Translations under genes and position numbers: made by a program
Notes under the pieces: generated by a model
Database searches by the model: none
What the model was told of the DNA's origin: nothing
What the model saw: only the letters and a program-made list of their open reading frames with translations
Source of the DNA: Actinomycetes bacterium
Lineage (GTDB): Bacteria; Actinomycetota; Actinomycetes; S36-B12
Direction: 5' to 3'
DNA: 64,000 bases
Assembly (NCBI GenBank): GCA_965278945.1
Contig: OZ257128.1
Location: forward strand, 1,426,623 to 1,490,622
Part shown: positions 25,888 to 34,892 of the stretch, in pieces
Layout of the letters: every line of letters starts with the position of its first letter
Numbering within the stretch: position 1 is the stretch's first letter

Positions 25888-27069
25888 CTAACGCGTTCCG
25901 GTGGCAAACTGGCCGGCGTGCGAGGCCAGTTCGTCTGTCTCTAGTGCGGCGAGTGCCTGATCTTCCTTGGGGAAGATCAGCACCTGGTCAGGTACGAAGT
26001 CGACCTTGACTCGGGCTCCCCGCGTGATCCCGTCAAGCGAATGCGACCGAGCTCTTAGAAGGTTTCCTTCGACGTCGACCTGATACTCCATCGCATCACC
26101 GAGAAACTCAGCAACGCGGACGGTTCCGGTCCACGCGGAGTGGTCGGATTCGTCAGTTAGCCTCAATCGGACATGCTGGGGGCGCACCGAAACGGTCACC
26201 AAGGCATCAGCCTTGAAGGAGCCGCTCGCGACTCCTTCAAGGCTGCCCGATGTGGTTGCGACTCCATGGGACTGGCCGACGCCTCGTCCGGTAATAACAC
26301 CCGGCAAGAAATTGCTGCCGCCGATGAAGCTGGCGACAAAGGCGGACGCCGGCCGCTCGTAGATGTCCCGCGGAGGTCCGACCTGCTCGATCACGCCCTT
26401 GTTCATGACGACGATCACATCGGACATCGCCAAAGCCTCGACCTGGTCGTGAGTGACGTAAAGAGTGGTGATGCCAAGGTCCTTCTGAAGCCTCGACAAC
26501 TCGATTCGCATGCTGTCCCGCAATCGAGCGTCGAGGTTCGACAGCGGCTCGTCGAGCAGTAGCAACGGCGGTTCGAGCACCAATGCGCGCGCGAGCGCCA
26601 GGCGCTGCTGCTGGCCTCCCGAGAGTGCTGTTGCAGGACGGTCGGCGAACTGCTCCATCTGCGCGATGGCGAGTACAGCGTCGACCCGCCGGCGTAGTTC
26701 CGTCGGTGACGGTCGCTGCCCTCGAGGCATGATCTTCAGCGGGAATGCTGCGTTTTCGTACACAGTCATGTGTGGCCAGATGCCGTACGACTGGAACATC
26801 ATTCCCAGTCCCCGCTTGTTGGGCGCAATGTTGATCTTCGTCGTCGAGCAGAAGACTGCGCGGCCGCCGACGGTTATCCTGCCGGACTCAGGCAGCTCCA
26901 AGCCAGCGATAGACCTGAGCGTCGTGGTCTTGCCGCACCCGGACGGGCCGAGCAGCGTCACGAACTGGCCAGCCTCGGCCTTGAGCGAGACACCGTTCAC
27001 GGCGAACTGCGTGTCTCCGGCGGCCTGTAGGGCGGGATAGGCCTTCTTCAGAGACTCGACTTGGAGCAC
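25888..27069 (-). CDS. ABC transporter ATP-binding protein (PotA/FbpC/MalK-like, with a C-terminal regulatory/TOBE-like domain)
   Basis: It has Walker A GPSGCGKTT, the signature LSGGQQQRLALARAL, Walker B LLLLDEPLSNLD and the H-loop VTHD. The GTG start follows GGAGG. Confidence 0.9.
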   Translation of the reverse strand: MLQVESLKKAYPALQAAGDTQFAVNGVSLKAEAGQFVTLLGPSGCGKTTTLRSIAGLELPESGRITVGGRAVFCSTTKINIAPNKRGLGMMFQSYGIWPHMTVYENAAFPLKIMPRGQRPSPTELRRRVDAVLAIAQMEQFADRPATALSGGQQQRLALARALVLEPPLLLLDEPLSNLDARLRDSMRIELSRLQKDLGITTLYVTHDQVEALAMSDVIVVMNKGVIEQVGPPRDIYERPASAFVASFIGGSNFLPGVITGRGVGQSHGVATTSGSLEGVASGSFKADALVTVSVRPQHVRLRLTDESDHSAWTGTVRVAEFLGDAMEYQVDVEGNLLRARSHSLDGITRGARVKVDFVPDQVLIFPKEDQALAALETDELASHAGQFATGTR

Positions 27070-27211
27070 GAGAGATGACCTCCAGAGTTGCGACCTGCAA
27101 GCGAGACGAGTACACGGAGAGCTGACTCCTCGCGGGTCAGCCGTGTTTCAGGCTAAGACTACACATAAGGGCTAACGTCAGACCACCCTTGGCCAATATC
27201 CACTTTCGGCC

Positions 27212-27535
27212 TCATCCCTGGGTCGGCGGAACGTCGACGACCAATCCGTCGAGTTCCTCGGTCACCACAATCTGGCATGATAGGCGGCTGGTCGCCCGCC
27301 GCTCCTCCACGCCCAGATCGAGCAGATCGTCCTCGGAGTGGTCGGGCTGCCCAACGGACGCAAAGTGATCGTCCCTTACCCATACGTGACAGGTAGCGCA
27401 GGACTTGTTGCCTCCGCACTCTGCAACTATGCCGCGCACGCCGTTCTTCGCGGCCGCGGCCATCACGGACTCCCCGATGGTTGCGTCGATGACACTCTCC
27501 TTGCCATCGGCCTCGACGAAGATCACCTTCGGCAT
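27212..27535 (-). CDS. [2Fe-2S] ferredoxin, adrenodoxin/putidaredoxin type
   Basis: The 107-aa product has the cysteine pattern C-x5-C-x2-C ... C (AECGGNKSCATCHV ... SRLSCQI). Confidence 0.85.
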   Translation of the reverse strand: MPKVIFVEADGKESVIDATIGESVMAAAAKNGVRGIVAECGGNKSCATCHVWVRDDHFASVGQPDHSEDDLLDLGVEERRATSRLSCQIVVTEELDGLVVDVPPTQG

Positions 27536-27674
27536 GATCAGACGCCCTTCTGCGTGGATGTGGCCTGGCGCGGCATTCGGGCTAGGTGGGTTGAACTGCG
27601 CGGTTCCGGCCGCGGCAGGACAGGAGATCCTCGGTCGAGCACCTTAACCGCCTCCCTCACATCCCGACTGCGCC

Positions 27675-28553
27675 TCATGAGTGCGAATCCACAGCGCTGA
27701 GAACATCCTCCGCCGTGAGTAGCGCTGGATTGCGAGCGACCTCGAGTCGCTGTGCGAGCGCAGCGAGAACGATCTTTCGAACACGCCGACCGTCCCAACC
27801 GGTGCACCGCGATGAGATCTCACCATGCAGGAACTTGTCATCGGCGAGCGGTCGTAGCTCCGGCCACAGAGCAGCCAGTTCGCGGAACGACGCACGGACG
27901 ATGGCGACGATTGTTGCGGTGTCGGGAAGCGCTAGATGCAGAACGAGATCCGCACGCGAGAGAAATGCTTCATCGATTGCGGAGGGGAAGTTGGTCGTCG
28001 CCACGAACAGCACCCCCGGATGGTCCGTCGCGACGGAGTCTAGGCCCGCGAGAAGGGCGTCGGTTGCGCGGTGGACATCGACCGGGTTGGTCTCGAAGGA
28101 CGCTGTGGATCGCCGGACGGCAAGACTCTCGACCTCGTCGATCAGGACCACGGTGTGCGGTCGGCGCGCAGCCAGTTCCGGGATGGTGTCGGTCATCAGG
28201 CGCGTGACCGCTCGCTGGCTGGCCCCGAGCATCTCACTCGGAAATGCATGGGGATCGATCTCGACGTAGGTCGTTGCGCCGAGTGGTGCGAGCTCACGAG
28301 CAGCCGCCTGAGCGAGGCCTCGCGCCAGTGTCGTCTTGCCGGTCCCCGCAGGCCCAGCAAGGACGACCAGCCCGTGGGGCAAGCCGGGCAGGGTCGCCAG
28401 GCGACGACCGTGCCTCATCGTGAGAATCGCTGTCGACAGCAATCGCTCCTTGGTTCCGGGGGGAACGAAGATGTGATCCCACGGGCCGTCGTGATGGCCG
28501 GCCGGCAGCGCGTGCACTGACAGCACGCCATCAGGCATGATGTTGGACGCCAC
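27675..28553 (-). CDS. AAA+ ATPase, Pch2/TRIP13-like (Cap6-like) clade
   Basis: It has Walker A GPAGTGKT and Walker B [10 protein letters not shown]. The blocks [66 protein letters not shown] and [12 protein letters not shown] resemble TRIP13/Pch2 as I remember it. The AAA call is secure. The clade call rests on memory, not on a search. The start (GTG 28553 or ATG 28538) lies 3-18 nt after the bicupin stop. Confidence 0.75.
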   Translation of the reverse strand: [292 protein letters not shown]

Positions 28554-28556
28554 GCG

Positions 28557-29645
28557 TCAGGGCCAGGTAGGACGCTGAAGTGCTGGCCAGGTGATCGTCG
28601 ACAGATCACCGGCCTGCGCATCGCGGACCGCATCCGGGGGCTCTTCGAAGAGAACCATCGGATCCATGAGCACGCGCATCGTCTCCAGCAGGCTGTCGAA
28701 CATATGGATCCGGACGACCTTCGCGGTCCGTTCGGGATCGTCGTTGAAGTGCTGATGCCACAGGAAGTGGTCCACGACGATGATGTCGCCCTTCTCCCAT
28801 GTGTGATCCTCACCGCTGTCGGGCTCTGTGCCGAGGAAGGTGTGCCCCCTTCCCTCGACGACGTATAGCCACGCCTCGCCCGGATGCCGGTGCATCGACT
28901 GGCCGCGGCCCGGTGCGATCTCGAACATCGCCATGGTGATGCCGGACGCCTGAAAGCCGATCGCCTTGTCGAGTAGGAAAGTGGTGCGCGTTCCCCGCGG
29001 TGTCGGTAGGAGCTCAAGCTCGTCCCAGCTGGTGTGAAGGCGTCCTGACCGGCGCGCATCCTGGTCTCGGGCGAGCCGGCGAACACGACGCGCGTACGCG
29101 TCGTCACCTTCGATCGGGGCTGCATATGGCGGTCGTGGGGCGAGCGTGTCGACGGGTGCGTGCCCTCCATCCTCCTGGAAGGCCATCCCCATCGTCTCGA
29201 GCAGCGGCTCACTGGAGAAGCTCAGGAAACGACAGGTCTGGTCGGCCTCATTGCCATGTCGGTGCCAAGCCCATGCCGGCAGGTGCAGCGAGTCGCCCGG
29301 TCCCCACTCGATTCGCACGCCGTCGACCTCGGTCCATCCCCATCCGGCGACGACGAAGATCATGGCGTCCCATGAGTGACGGTGAATCGTCGACGTGACG
29401 CCGGCGTCGATCTCGTGGACGAGCGCGTCCATCGACCTCGTTGGGCGATCGCCGTCAGCGCCGACATATACGCCGCGCCTCATGCCGCGCGCGGTGTCCT
29501 GCATCTCGACGTCCGCGAGCCGCACGACTGTGTTGCGAAAGTTCCGCCACTCCTCAAGGAAGTCAGCTCGCCGCTTCTTCTGCACGTGATAGTGGGTTAG
29601 CCCGGTCTTCGTCGTGGTCATGGTCGCCCATTCGTCTATTGGCAT
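28557..29645 (-). CDS. bicupin dioxygenase, gentisate/1-hydroxy-2-naphthoate/salicylate 1,2-dioxygenase-like
   Basis: It has two cupin modules. The first reads STIHRHSWDAMIFVVAGWGWTEVDG..GDSLHLPAWAWHRHGN. The second reads QSMHRHPGEAWLYVVEGRGHTF..GDIIVVDHFLWHQHFN. The start is uncertain (ATG at 29678, 29645 or 29621). Confidence 0.75.
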   Translation of the reverse strand: MPIDEWATMTTTKTGLTHYHVQKKRRADFLEEWRNFRNTVVRLADVEMQDTARGMRRGVYVGADGDRPTRSMDALVHEIDAGVTSTIHRHSWDAMIFVVAGWGWTEVDGVRIEWGPGDSLHLPAWAWHRHGNEADQTCRFLSFSSEPLLETMGMAFQEDGGHAPVDTLAPRPPYAAPIEGDDAYARRVRRLARDQDARRSGRLHTSWDELELLPTPRGTRTTFLLDKAIGFQASGITMAMFEIAPGRGQSMHRHPGEAWLYVVEGRGHTFLGTEPDSGEDHTWEKGDIIVVDHFLWHQHFNDDPERTAKVVRIHMFDSLLETMRVLMDPMVLFEEPPDAVRDAQAGDLSTITWPALQRPTWP

Positions 29646-29758
29646 AATGGTCAGTCCACTAAGAATACACACACCCATTTCGCCGGCGCGGCCGACAGAC
29701 GAGGTACTGATCGACTGTGTGCAGGCAAATGGTAAAATAATCAGTCCAAGGAGGCGAA

Positions 29759-31006
29759 GTGGTGAAGAACGGACAGGGCACCCTTATTGTCGGAGCGAGC
29801 CAGGCCGGGTTGCACCTTGCGACGACCCTTCGGGACCTCGGAGACGAGGAGGCGATCACGCTCGTCGGCGCGGAGGCGCACGCGCCGTACCAGCGACCCC
29901 CTTTGTCCAAGGAGTTTCTCACGGGTTCTGCGACGCGCGATGCGCTCGCCTTTCGAACATCGGCGTTCTACTCGGACGCCCGAATCGGACTCATTCTCGG
30001 AGAGCGCGTGACGGCCGTGCAGTGCGAGGCCGATGGCGGAGTGGCGCTGACATCGGCGGGTCGTGAGATGCAGTTCGACCGCCTCGCCCTCACGGTGGGA
30101 GCCCGCCCGCGACGGCTTGTGGTGGCCGGCTGCGACCTTGACGGGATCATCTACCTGCGCGAACTGCAGGATGCCGAGGAGCTTCGGGCACGACTCGCGA
30201 CCGCGACACGCGTCGTGGTTGTAGGCGGTGGCTTCATCGGACTTGAGGCAGCGGCGGCGGCTCGGGCGTTGGGGAAGTCGGTAACCGTCGTGGAGGCAGC
30301 AGACCGCCTCGTAGCGCGGGCAGTAGCCCCTGTGGTCTCGGACTTCTACCTCCAGGCTCACACCCGTCGCGGCGTCGACTTGCTCCTGTCGACCGGGGTT
30401 GTCGGGTTTGGCGGTGACAGCGGCGCAGTGTGCACCGTGCAACTGTCTGACGGCCGGGAGATCCCCTCTGACCTCGTCATCGTCGGCATCGGCGTGCTAC
30501 CGCGAACGGAACTGGCCGAGCAGCTCGGTCTTGAGGTCGACGGTGGCATAGTCGTGGACGCGCACGCGCGCACAAGTCGGCCTTTCGTAGTCTCTGCCGG
30601 CGACTGCACCGTCCTTCCGGACCCCTTGACCGGAGTCGGCCGCCTACGGCTGGAGTCGGTACAAAGTGCCGTCGCACAGGCGGGCATCGCGGCTTCAACG
30701 CTGCTTGGACGCGACACCGCCACGCGGATCGTTCCCTGGTTCTGGTCCACGCAAGGAGACCTGCATCTCCAGATCGCCGGCCTGTCCGCCGGCCACGACC
30801 ATCACGTCGTCCGGGGTGATCCCGATAGCGAGCACTTCTCTGTTCTGTACTACAAGTACGGAAGGCTAATTGCCGTGGACGCAATCAACAATCCGGTCGA
30901 CTACATGGTCGTTCGCAAGGCCCTGGGTTCCGGGTCCAACCTGCCCCTTGATGACGTGGCCGACGCTTCGACTCCGCTGAAGTCGCTAGTGGTCACCCCG
31001 TCCTAG
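29759..31006 (+). CDS. ferredoxin--NAD(P)+ reductase (FAD-dependent pyridine nucleotide-disulfide oxidoreductase family)
   Basis: It has the dinucleotide-binding motifs LIVGASQAG and VVVVGGGFIGLEAA, plus the YQRPPLSKEFL block typical of putidaredoxin-reductase and BphA4-type reductases. AGGAGG precedes the GTG start. Confidence 0.85.
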   Translation: MVKNGQGTLIVGASQAGLHLATTLRDLGDEEAITLVGAEAHAPYQRPPLSKEFLTGSATRDALAFRTSAFYSDARIGLILGERVTAVQCEADGGVALTSAGREMQFDRLALTVGARPRRLVVAGCDLDGIIYLRELQDAEELRARLATATRVVVVGGGFIGLEAAAAARALGKSVTVVEAADRLVARAVAPVVSDFYLQAHTRRGVDLLLSTGVVGFGGDSGAVCTVQLSDGREIPSDLVIVGIGVLPRTELAEQLGLEVDGGIVVDAHARTSRPFVVSAGDCTVLPDPLTGVGRLRLESVQSAVAQAGIAASTLLGRDTATRIVPWFWSTQGDLHLQIAGLSAGHDHHVVRGDPDSEHFSVLYYKYGRLIAVDAINNPVDYMVVRKALGSGSNLPLDDVADASTPLKSLVVTPS

Positions 31007-32012
31007 CTTTCAGACGCGCGTCCAAGCGCGGGTAGACCCTGCGAGCATTCCCCTCGAAGACACCGTGTCGATTCTGGACTGTCAGCCGAGCGGATTCGAC
31101 GTACTGCTTGGTGTCATCCCACGCGACACCCGTGTCCGGATCCGCGCCGCGGACGGCACCGAGGGCCTCGGATGCGAACAGCACATTGGCTGGCGGGACG
31201 ACATCCAGGAGAAGGTCCACCCCCAGCTGGTGATAGACACACGTGTCGAAGTAGACGTTGCGAAGCAACTCGCTGGGATCTGCCCAACCCATGCGAGCGG
31301 CCAGTCCTCGGTATCGACCCCAGTGGTACGGCACCGCGCCGCCGCCGTGCGGAATCACCAGGCGCAAGGTCGGGAACCGTTCGAAGAGATCACCTTGGAG
31401 GAGTTGCATGAACACCGAAGTGTCTGCGTTCAGGTAGTGCGCGCCGAGCGTGTCGATCGCAGGATTGCACGAGCTCGACACGTGCACCATGCCCGGCACG
31501 TCGAGCTCGACCATCGCCTCGAACAGCGGAAACCAGAACTCATCGGTCAGCGGAGGGGCCGTCCAGAAGCCACCGGAGGGATCGGGGTTGAGGTTGCAAC
31601 CGACGAAACCCATGGTTTCCACACAGCGCCGCAACTCGACGACGGAATCGGCGAGTGATCCATTCGGTGTCTGGGGCAGTTGGCACACGCTGGCGAAGTG
31701 ACGGGGAAAGCATGCCTCGACTTCGGCCACCAGGTCGTTGCTTGCCTGAGCCCAAGCGACGGCGGTCCCCGAGTCGGTTATGTGGTGCTCCATGCCCGAG
31801 GCCTTCGGAGAGAAGATCGTCAGGTCGATGCCGCGCTCGTGCATGAGCGCGAGCTGATGGAACTCGATGCTCTCTTTGATCTCGTCAGTGCTGATCAGTG
31901 ATCGCGTGGGAATAGGTTGCGAGGTGTCGGCCAGCCATGCCAGCTGGGCATCGCGAAACTCCTGATGAGCCGGCGGCGTCGTCGTGTAGTGACCGTGGCA
32001 GTCGATGATCAC
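30993..32012 (-). CDS. ligJ: 4-oxalomesaconate hydratase (amidohydrolase-2 family)
   Basis: Similarity to LigJ, as I remember it, runs along the whole length ([92 protein letters not shown]). The GTG start overlaps the ligK stop (GTGA). Confidence 0.8.
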   Translation of the reverse strand: MIIDCHGHYTTTPPAHQEFRDAQLAWLADTSQPIPTRSLISTDEIKESIEFHQLALMHERGIDLTIFSPKASGMEHHITDSGTAVAWAQASNDLVAEVEACFPRHFASVCQLPQTPNGSLADSVVELRRCVETMGFVGCNLNPDPSGGFWTAPPLTDEFWFPLFEAMVELDVPGMVHVSSSCNPAIDTLGAHYLNADTSVFMQLLQGDLFERFPTLRLVIPHGGGAVPYHWGRYRGLAARMGWADPSELLRNVYFDTCVYHQLGVDLLLDVVPPANVLFASEALGAVRGADPDTGVAWDDTKQYVESARLTVQNRHGVFEGNARRVYPRLDARLKARTG

Positions 32013-32713
32013 TCGGCGGCCTCGTAGTCCACGTAGGTGAGACCCTTTCGCGTGAGTCGACCACGCATGTCATTGACGTCGAGGCCGAGTTCACCCGCTT
32101 GATAGCGCTCCCTCAGCTTCGCCTCCTTCTCCTCGCGGGCGAGCGCAGCCTGCAGCACGTGTGCTGCGGACTTGCGAGGGACAATGACTACCCCGTCGTC
32201 GTCCGCCACGATCACGTCTCCTGGTTCCAGCCACTGACCGCCGCACACGATGCCAACGTTGACGCTGCCGAGTGTCTCCTTGACCGTGCCGAACGCACTG
32301 ATCCAGCGAGACCAGACAGGGAAGCGCATCGCACTCAGGTCCGCAACGTCCCGGCACCCTGCGTCGATGACCAGTCCGCGGACGCCCCGAGCGGCGGCGG
32401 ACGTGGCGAGCAGGTCGCCGAAATAGCCAGCCCGCGAGGGCGACGTGGGGGCCACAACTAGGACGTCACCCTCCTCGCACAGCTCGACAGCGACATGGAT
32501 CATCCAGTTGTCCGCCGGCGGCACGCTCACGGTGACGGCCGTACCCGCTATGCGCGCTCCGGGCCAAGCGGCGCGAAGCGCGGGATCGAACAGACCCGTT
32601 CGACCCATCGCCTCGTGCACCGTCGAGACACCAATGCGCGCAAGGCCGTCGACGTGCCCGATGTCGGCGCGGGGTGTTCCTCGGACGACCGTGCCCGGTG
32701 GGTACGGCTTCAT
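32009..32713 (-). CDS. ligK: 4-carboxy-4-hydroxy-2-oxoadipate aldolase / oxaloacetate decarboxylase (RraA-like)
   Basis: LigK-like blocks are present ([85 protein letters not shown]). The ATG at 32713 overlaps the ADH stop (ATGA). The ORF-track N-terminal 200 aa are rejected. Confidence 0.8.
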   Translation of the reverse strand: MKPYPPGTVVRGTPRADIGHVDGLARIGVSTVHEAMGRTGLFDPALRAAWPGARIAGTAVTVSVPPADNWMIHVAVELCEEGDVLVVAPTSPSRAGYFGDLLATSAAARGVRGLVIDAGCRDVADLSAMRFPVWSRWISAFGTVKETLGSVNVGIVCGGQWLEPGDVIVADDDGVVIVPRKSAAHVLQAALAREEKEAKLRERYQAGELGLDVNDMRGRLTRKGLTYVDYEAAE

Positions 32714-33828
32714 GCCGGCATGCCCCACGGCAGCAGGGAGATGTGGATCGCGTCCTCGCCGGTCTCGCCGGCGAGGATGCGGATCGCGCGATCGACATCC
32801 TCGAGCGGCAAGCGGTGCGTCGCGAGGCGTTCGAGCGGAAACCGACGCGAGGCGAGCTGGGCCAGCGCCAACTCGACGGCTCGGTATCCGTGCCCCCTGG
32901 CGCTCTTCAGCGCAATGCACTTCTCGGTCATCTTCTTGAGGGGGAAGTCTGGGAAGGCTGCGAGCTCTCCCTGGGTCACCATGACACCCTCGCGCCGCTT
33001 GAGTGCGTCGATGCCGAGTAGCACCGGAGCCCCTCCCGCACCCGAGGTGCAGTCCAGGACGACGTCCACTCCCACTCCGTCGGTCAGTTCCATGACGGAC
33101 CCGAGCGCATCCTCCTGCTGCACGTCGATCACGGCGTCGGCGCCAAGGTCGCGTGCGAGAGCAAGGCGAGCTGCATCCCGAGCGGTCCCGCTGACGATGA
33201 TCAGCGCCGCACCGGCCTGCTTCGAGGCCACGACCTGCGACAGGCCCTGCTGCCCCGGACCTTGGATGAGGACCGTCGAGGCGTAGCCGACGCCACCGGC
33301 ATTGAGCGCCCACTCGATGCCGTTGGATAGCGGCGTCACGAGCCCGGCGAGCTCAGCTGAAACACCGTCAGGAACCCTGTGCGTCACCGAGTTCCATGGC
33401 AGGTACATGTACTGAGCGAAGCCACCCCACAGACGTCCAGGCTTGTCGGACGAGGTGTAGCCGTAGCGGCGGGCATCGGCATTGGTACGCCAGTCCGTGA
33501 GCTCACAGTGTCGGTACTCCCCCGCCTGACACCACACGCAGTGGTAGCACCCAACGTAATGCTCAACGAAAATACGGTCGCCCTCCTTGAGACCCTTGCG
33601 CTCAAGGAACTTCTTGCCAGCCTTGGCGATGATGCCGACGTTCTCGTGCCCCATGATAACGGGATCGACGAACGGTGGATTCGCGTACATCTTCACGTCG
33701 GTACCGCAGATCCCAGCGACCTCGACCTTGAGCAGCGCGCCATCATCGGGTATGTGCGGCACCGGGAACTCGCGCATCTCGGTGGTGCCTGGTCCTGTCC
33801 TCACCGCAGCAAGCACCTGCTCCGCCAT
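32710..33828 (-). CDS. zinc-dependent medium-chain alcohol dehydrogenase/reductase (MDR)
   Basis: It has the catalytic-zinc region GICGTDV..GHENVG, the structural-zinc cysteines (C..C..C......C in [16 protein letters not shown]) and the Rossmann motif [10 protein letters not shown]. Confidence 0.85.
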   Translation of the reverse strand: MAEQVLAAVRTGPGTTEMREFPVPHIPDDGALLKVEVAGICGTDVKMYANPPFVDPVIMGHENVGIIAKAGKKFLERKGLKEGDRIFVEHYVGCYHCVWCQAGEYRHCELTDWRTNADARRYGYTSSDKPGRLWGGFAQYMYLPWNSVTHRVPDGVSAELAGLVTPLSNGIEWALNAGGVGYASTVLIQGPGQQGLSQVVASKQAGAALIIVSGTARDAARLALARDLGADAVIDVQQEDALGSVMELTDGVGVDVVLDCTSGAGGAPVLLGIDALKRREGVMVTQGELAAFPDFPLKKMTEKCIALKSARGHGYRAVELALAQLASRRFPLERLATHRLPLEDVDRAIRILAGETGEDAIHISLLPWGMPA

Positions 33829-33940
33829 ACCGTTCCCTCCCGATCTCGCTATTTCGAATCCACTCTATACGAAGGTATGATGGTAGGACCATCTCCTAAA
33901 GGTCGGTAATCGGCCGACTCCCGACGCAGGAGGAATCGAC

Positions 33941-34882
33941 GTGAGCGAGTTGACGCTCAGAACCGTCACGCGGACGTCAGGAGCCAATGCGGCGCTCAAG
34001 GACGGCACGATTGCCCCCCAAGGCTTCAGCTTCGCCTTCGAAGAGGTCCCCGACCTCGTTCAAGGCTTCCGCCGGATGGTGCGCGGCCTTGAATTCGATG
34101 TCAGCGAGATGGCTCTCACGACCTACCTCGTCGCAAAAACTCACGGTGCTGAGTTCACCGCACTGCCGATCTTCCTGGTGCGCGGCTTCCACCACAATGC
34201 TATCCAGGTCCTCGCCGGATCGGGCATCAGCAGTCCTCGTGACCTCGAGTGCCGCAAGGTAGGGGTCAACCGTGGCTACACGGTGACGACCGGAGTCTGG
34301 GCGCGTGATGTGCTCTCGCAAGAGCACCGAGTCGACATCGACACCGTGACGTGGGTGCTGTCTGGCGACGAGCATGTCGAGGCATACCGACCGCCAGCGA
34401 ACGTCGTCTCGATGCCGACAGGCGAATCCCTTGAGAGCCTGCTTCGAAGCGGTGAGCTCGCAGCCGTGGTCGGAGCGAACCTGCAGGCACCAGACATTCG
34501 CCCGCTGATCTCCGACCCGACGGAGGCAGGCCTCGCGGTGCTGCAATCTCGCGGCGTCTACCCGATCAATCACCTGATCGTCGTCAAGGATGAGGTACTG
34601 AAAGCGCGGCCAGGGCTTGCAGCGCAGATCTTCGACGCGTTCGCGCTCGCGAAGCAGCCATACCTCGACCGGCTCCGAAATGGTGAGGCCATGGATGATG
34701 CCGACAGGACCTATCGGCGCGTGATGGAGATGACGGGAGCAGATCCGCTGCCGTACGGGCTCGATCCGAACCGCACGACGCTGGAGCACCTCCTCGACGC
34801 GGCCGAGCGACAGCGAATCATCGACCGGCGAGTCGTCGTTGACGACGTCTTCGCGGACGGCACGCACGAGTTGCAGGGGTAG
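33941..34882 (+). CDS. 4,5-dihydroxyphthalate-decarboxylase-like protein (periplasmic-binding-protein-like II fold, cytoplasmic enzyme family)
   Basis: The pattern EFDVSEMALTTYL, LPIFLVRGFHHNAI, DLECRKVGVNRGYTVTTGVWARDVL, YPINHLIVVKDEV and DPLPYGLDPNRTTLEHLL resembles the Pht5/OphC-type decarboxylase family as I remember it. There is no signal peptide. The family call is moderate and the substrate is unknown. Confidence 0.55.
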   Translation: MSELTLRTVTRTSGANAALKDGTIAPQGFSFAFEEVPDLVQGFRRMVRGLEFDVSEMALTTYLVAKTHGAEFTALPIFLVRGFHHNAIQVLAGSGISSPRDLECRKVGVNRGYTVTTGVWARDVLSQEHRVDIDTVTWVLSGDEHVEAYRPPANVVSMPTGESLESLLRSGELAAVVGANLQAPDIRPLISDPTEAGLAVLQSRGVYPINHLIVVKDEVLKARPGLAAQIFDAFALAKQPYLDRLRNGEAMDDADRTYRRVMEMTGADPLPYGLDPNRTTLEHLLDAAERQRIIDRRVVVDDVFADGTHELQG

Positions 34883-34892
34883 CAGTCGATTC

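Noticed and set aside
27070-27211. The hairpin GCTGAC-N9-GTCAGC between the ferredoxin and ABC ATPase genes, as an intrinsic terminator
   Set aside because: The stem is only 6 bp, and there is no U-tract on the transcribed (minus) strand. Downstream genes have their own RBS and are more likely co-transcribed, so the evidence is insufficient to call a terminator.
9016-28553. The idea that the patatin-like lipase and the TRIP13-like ATPase are parts of one CBASS-type defence system
   Set aside because: They are 18 kb apart and separated by an unrelated catabolic operon. No CD-NTase or HORMA-like ORF is recognisable anywhere in the window. Each gene is tightly embedded in a different local context.
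32009-33313. A 434-aa ORF extending ligK upstream
   Set aside because: The N-terminal 200 residues are Arg/Gly/Pro-rich and overlap the Zn-ADH gene in another frame. The LigK homology starts at MKPYPPG (ATG 32713), which overlaps the ADH stop as ATGA.
33853-33861. TTCGAATCC, which resembles the tRNA T-loop consensus, in the intergenic region between the ADH and decarboxylase-like genes
   Set aside because: It lacks the preceding GG. I can fold no acceptor, anticodon or D stems from the flanking sequence. The region is better explained as a divergent promoter.
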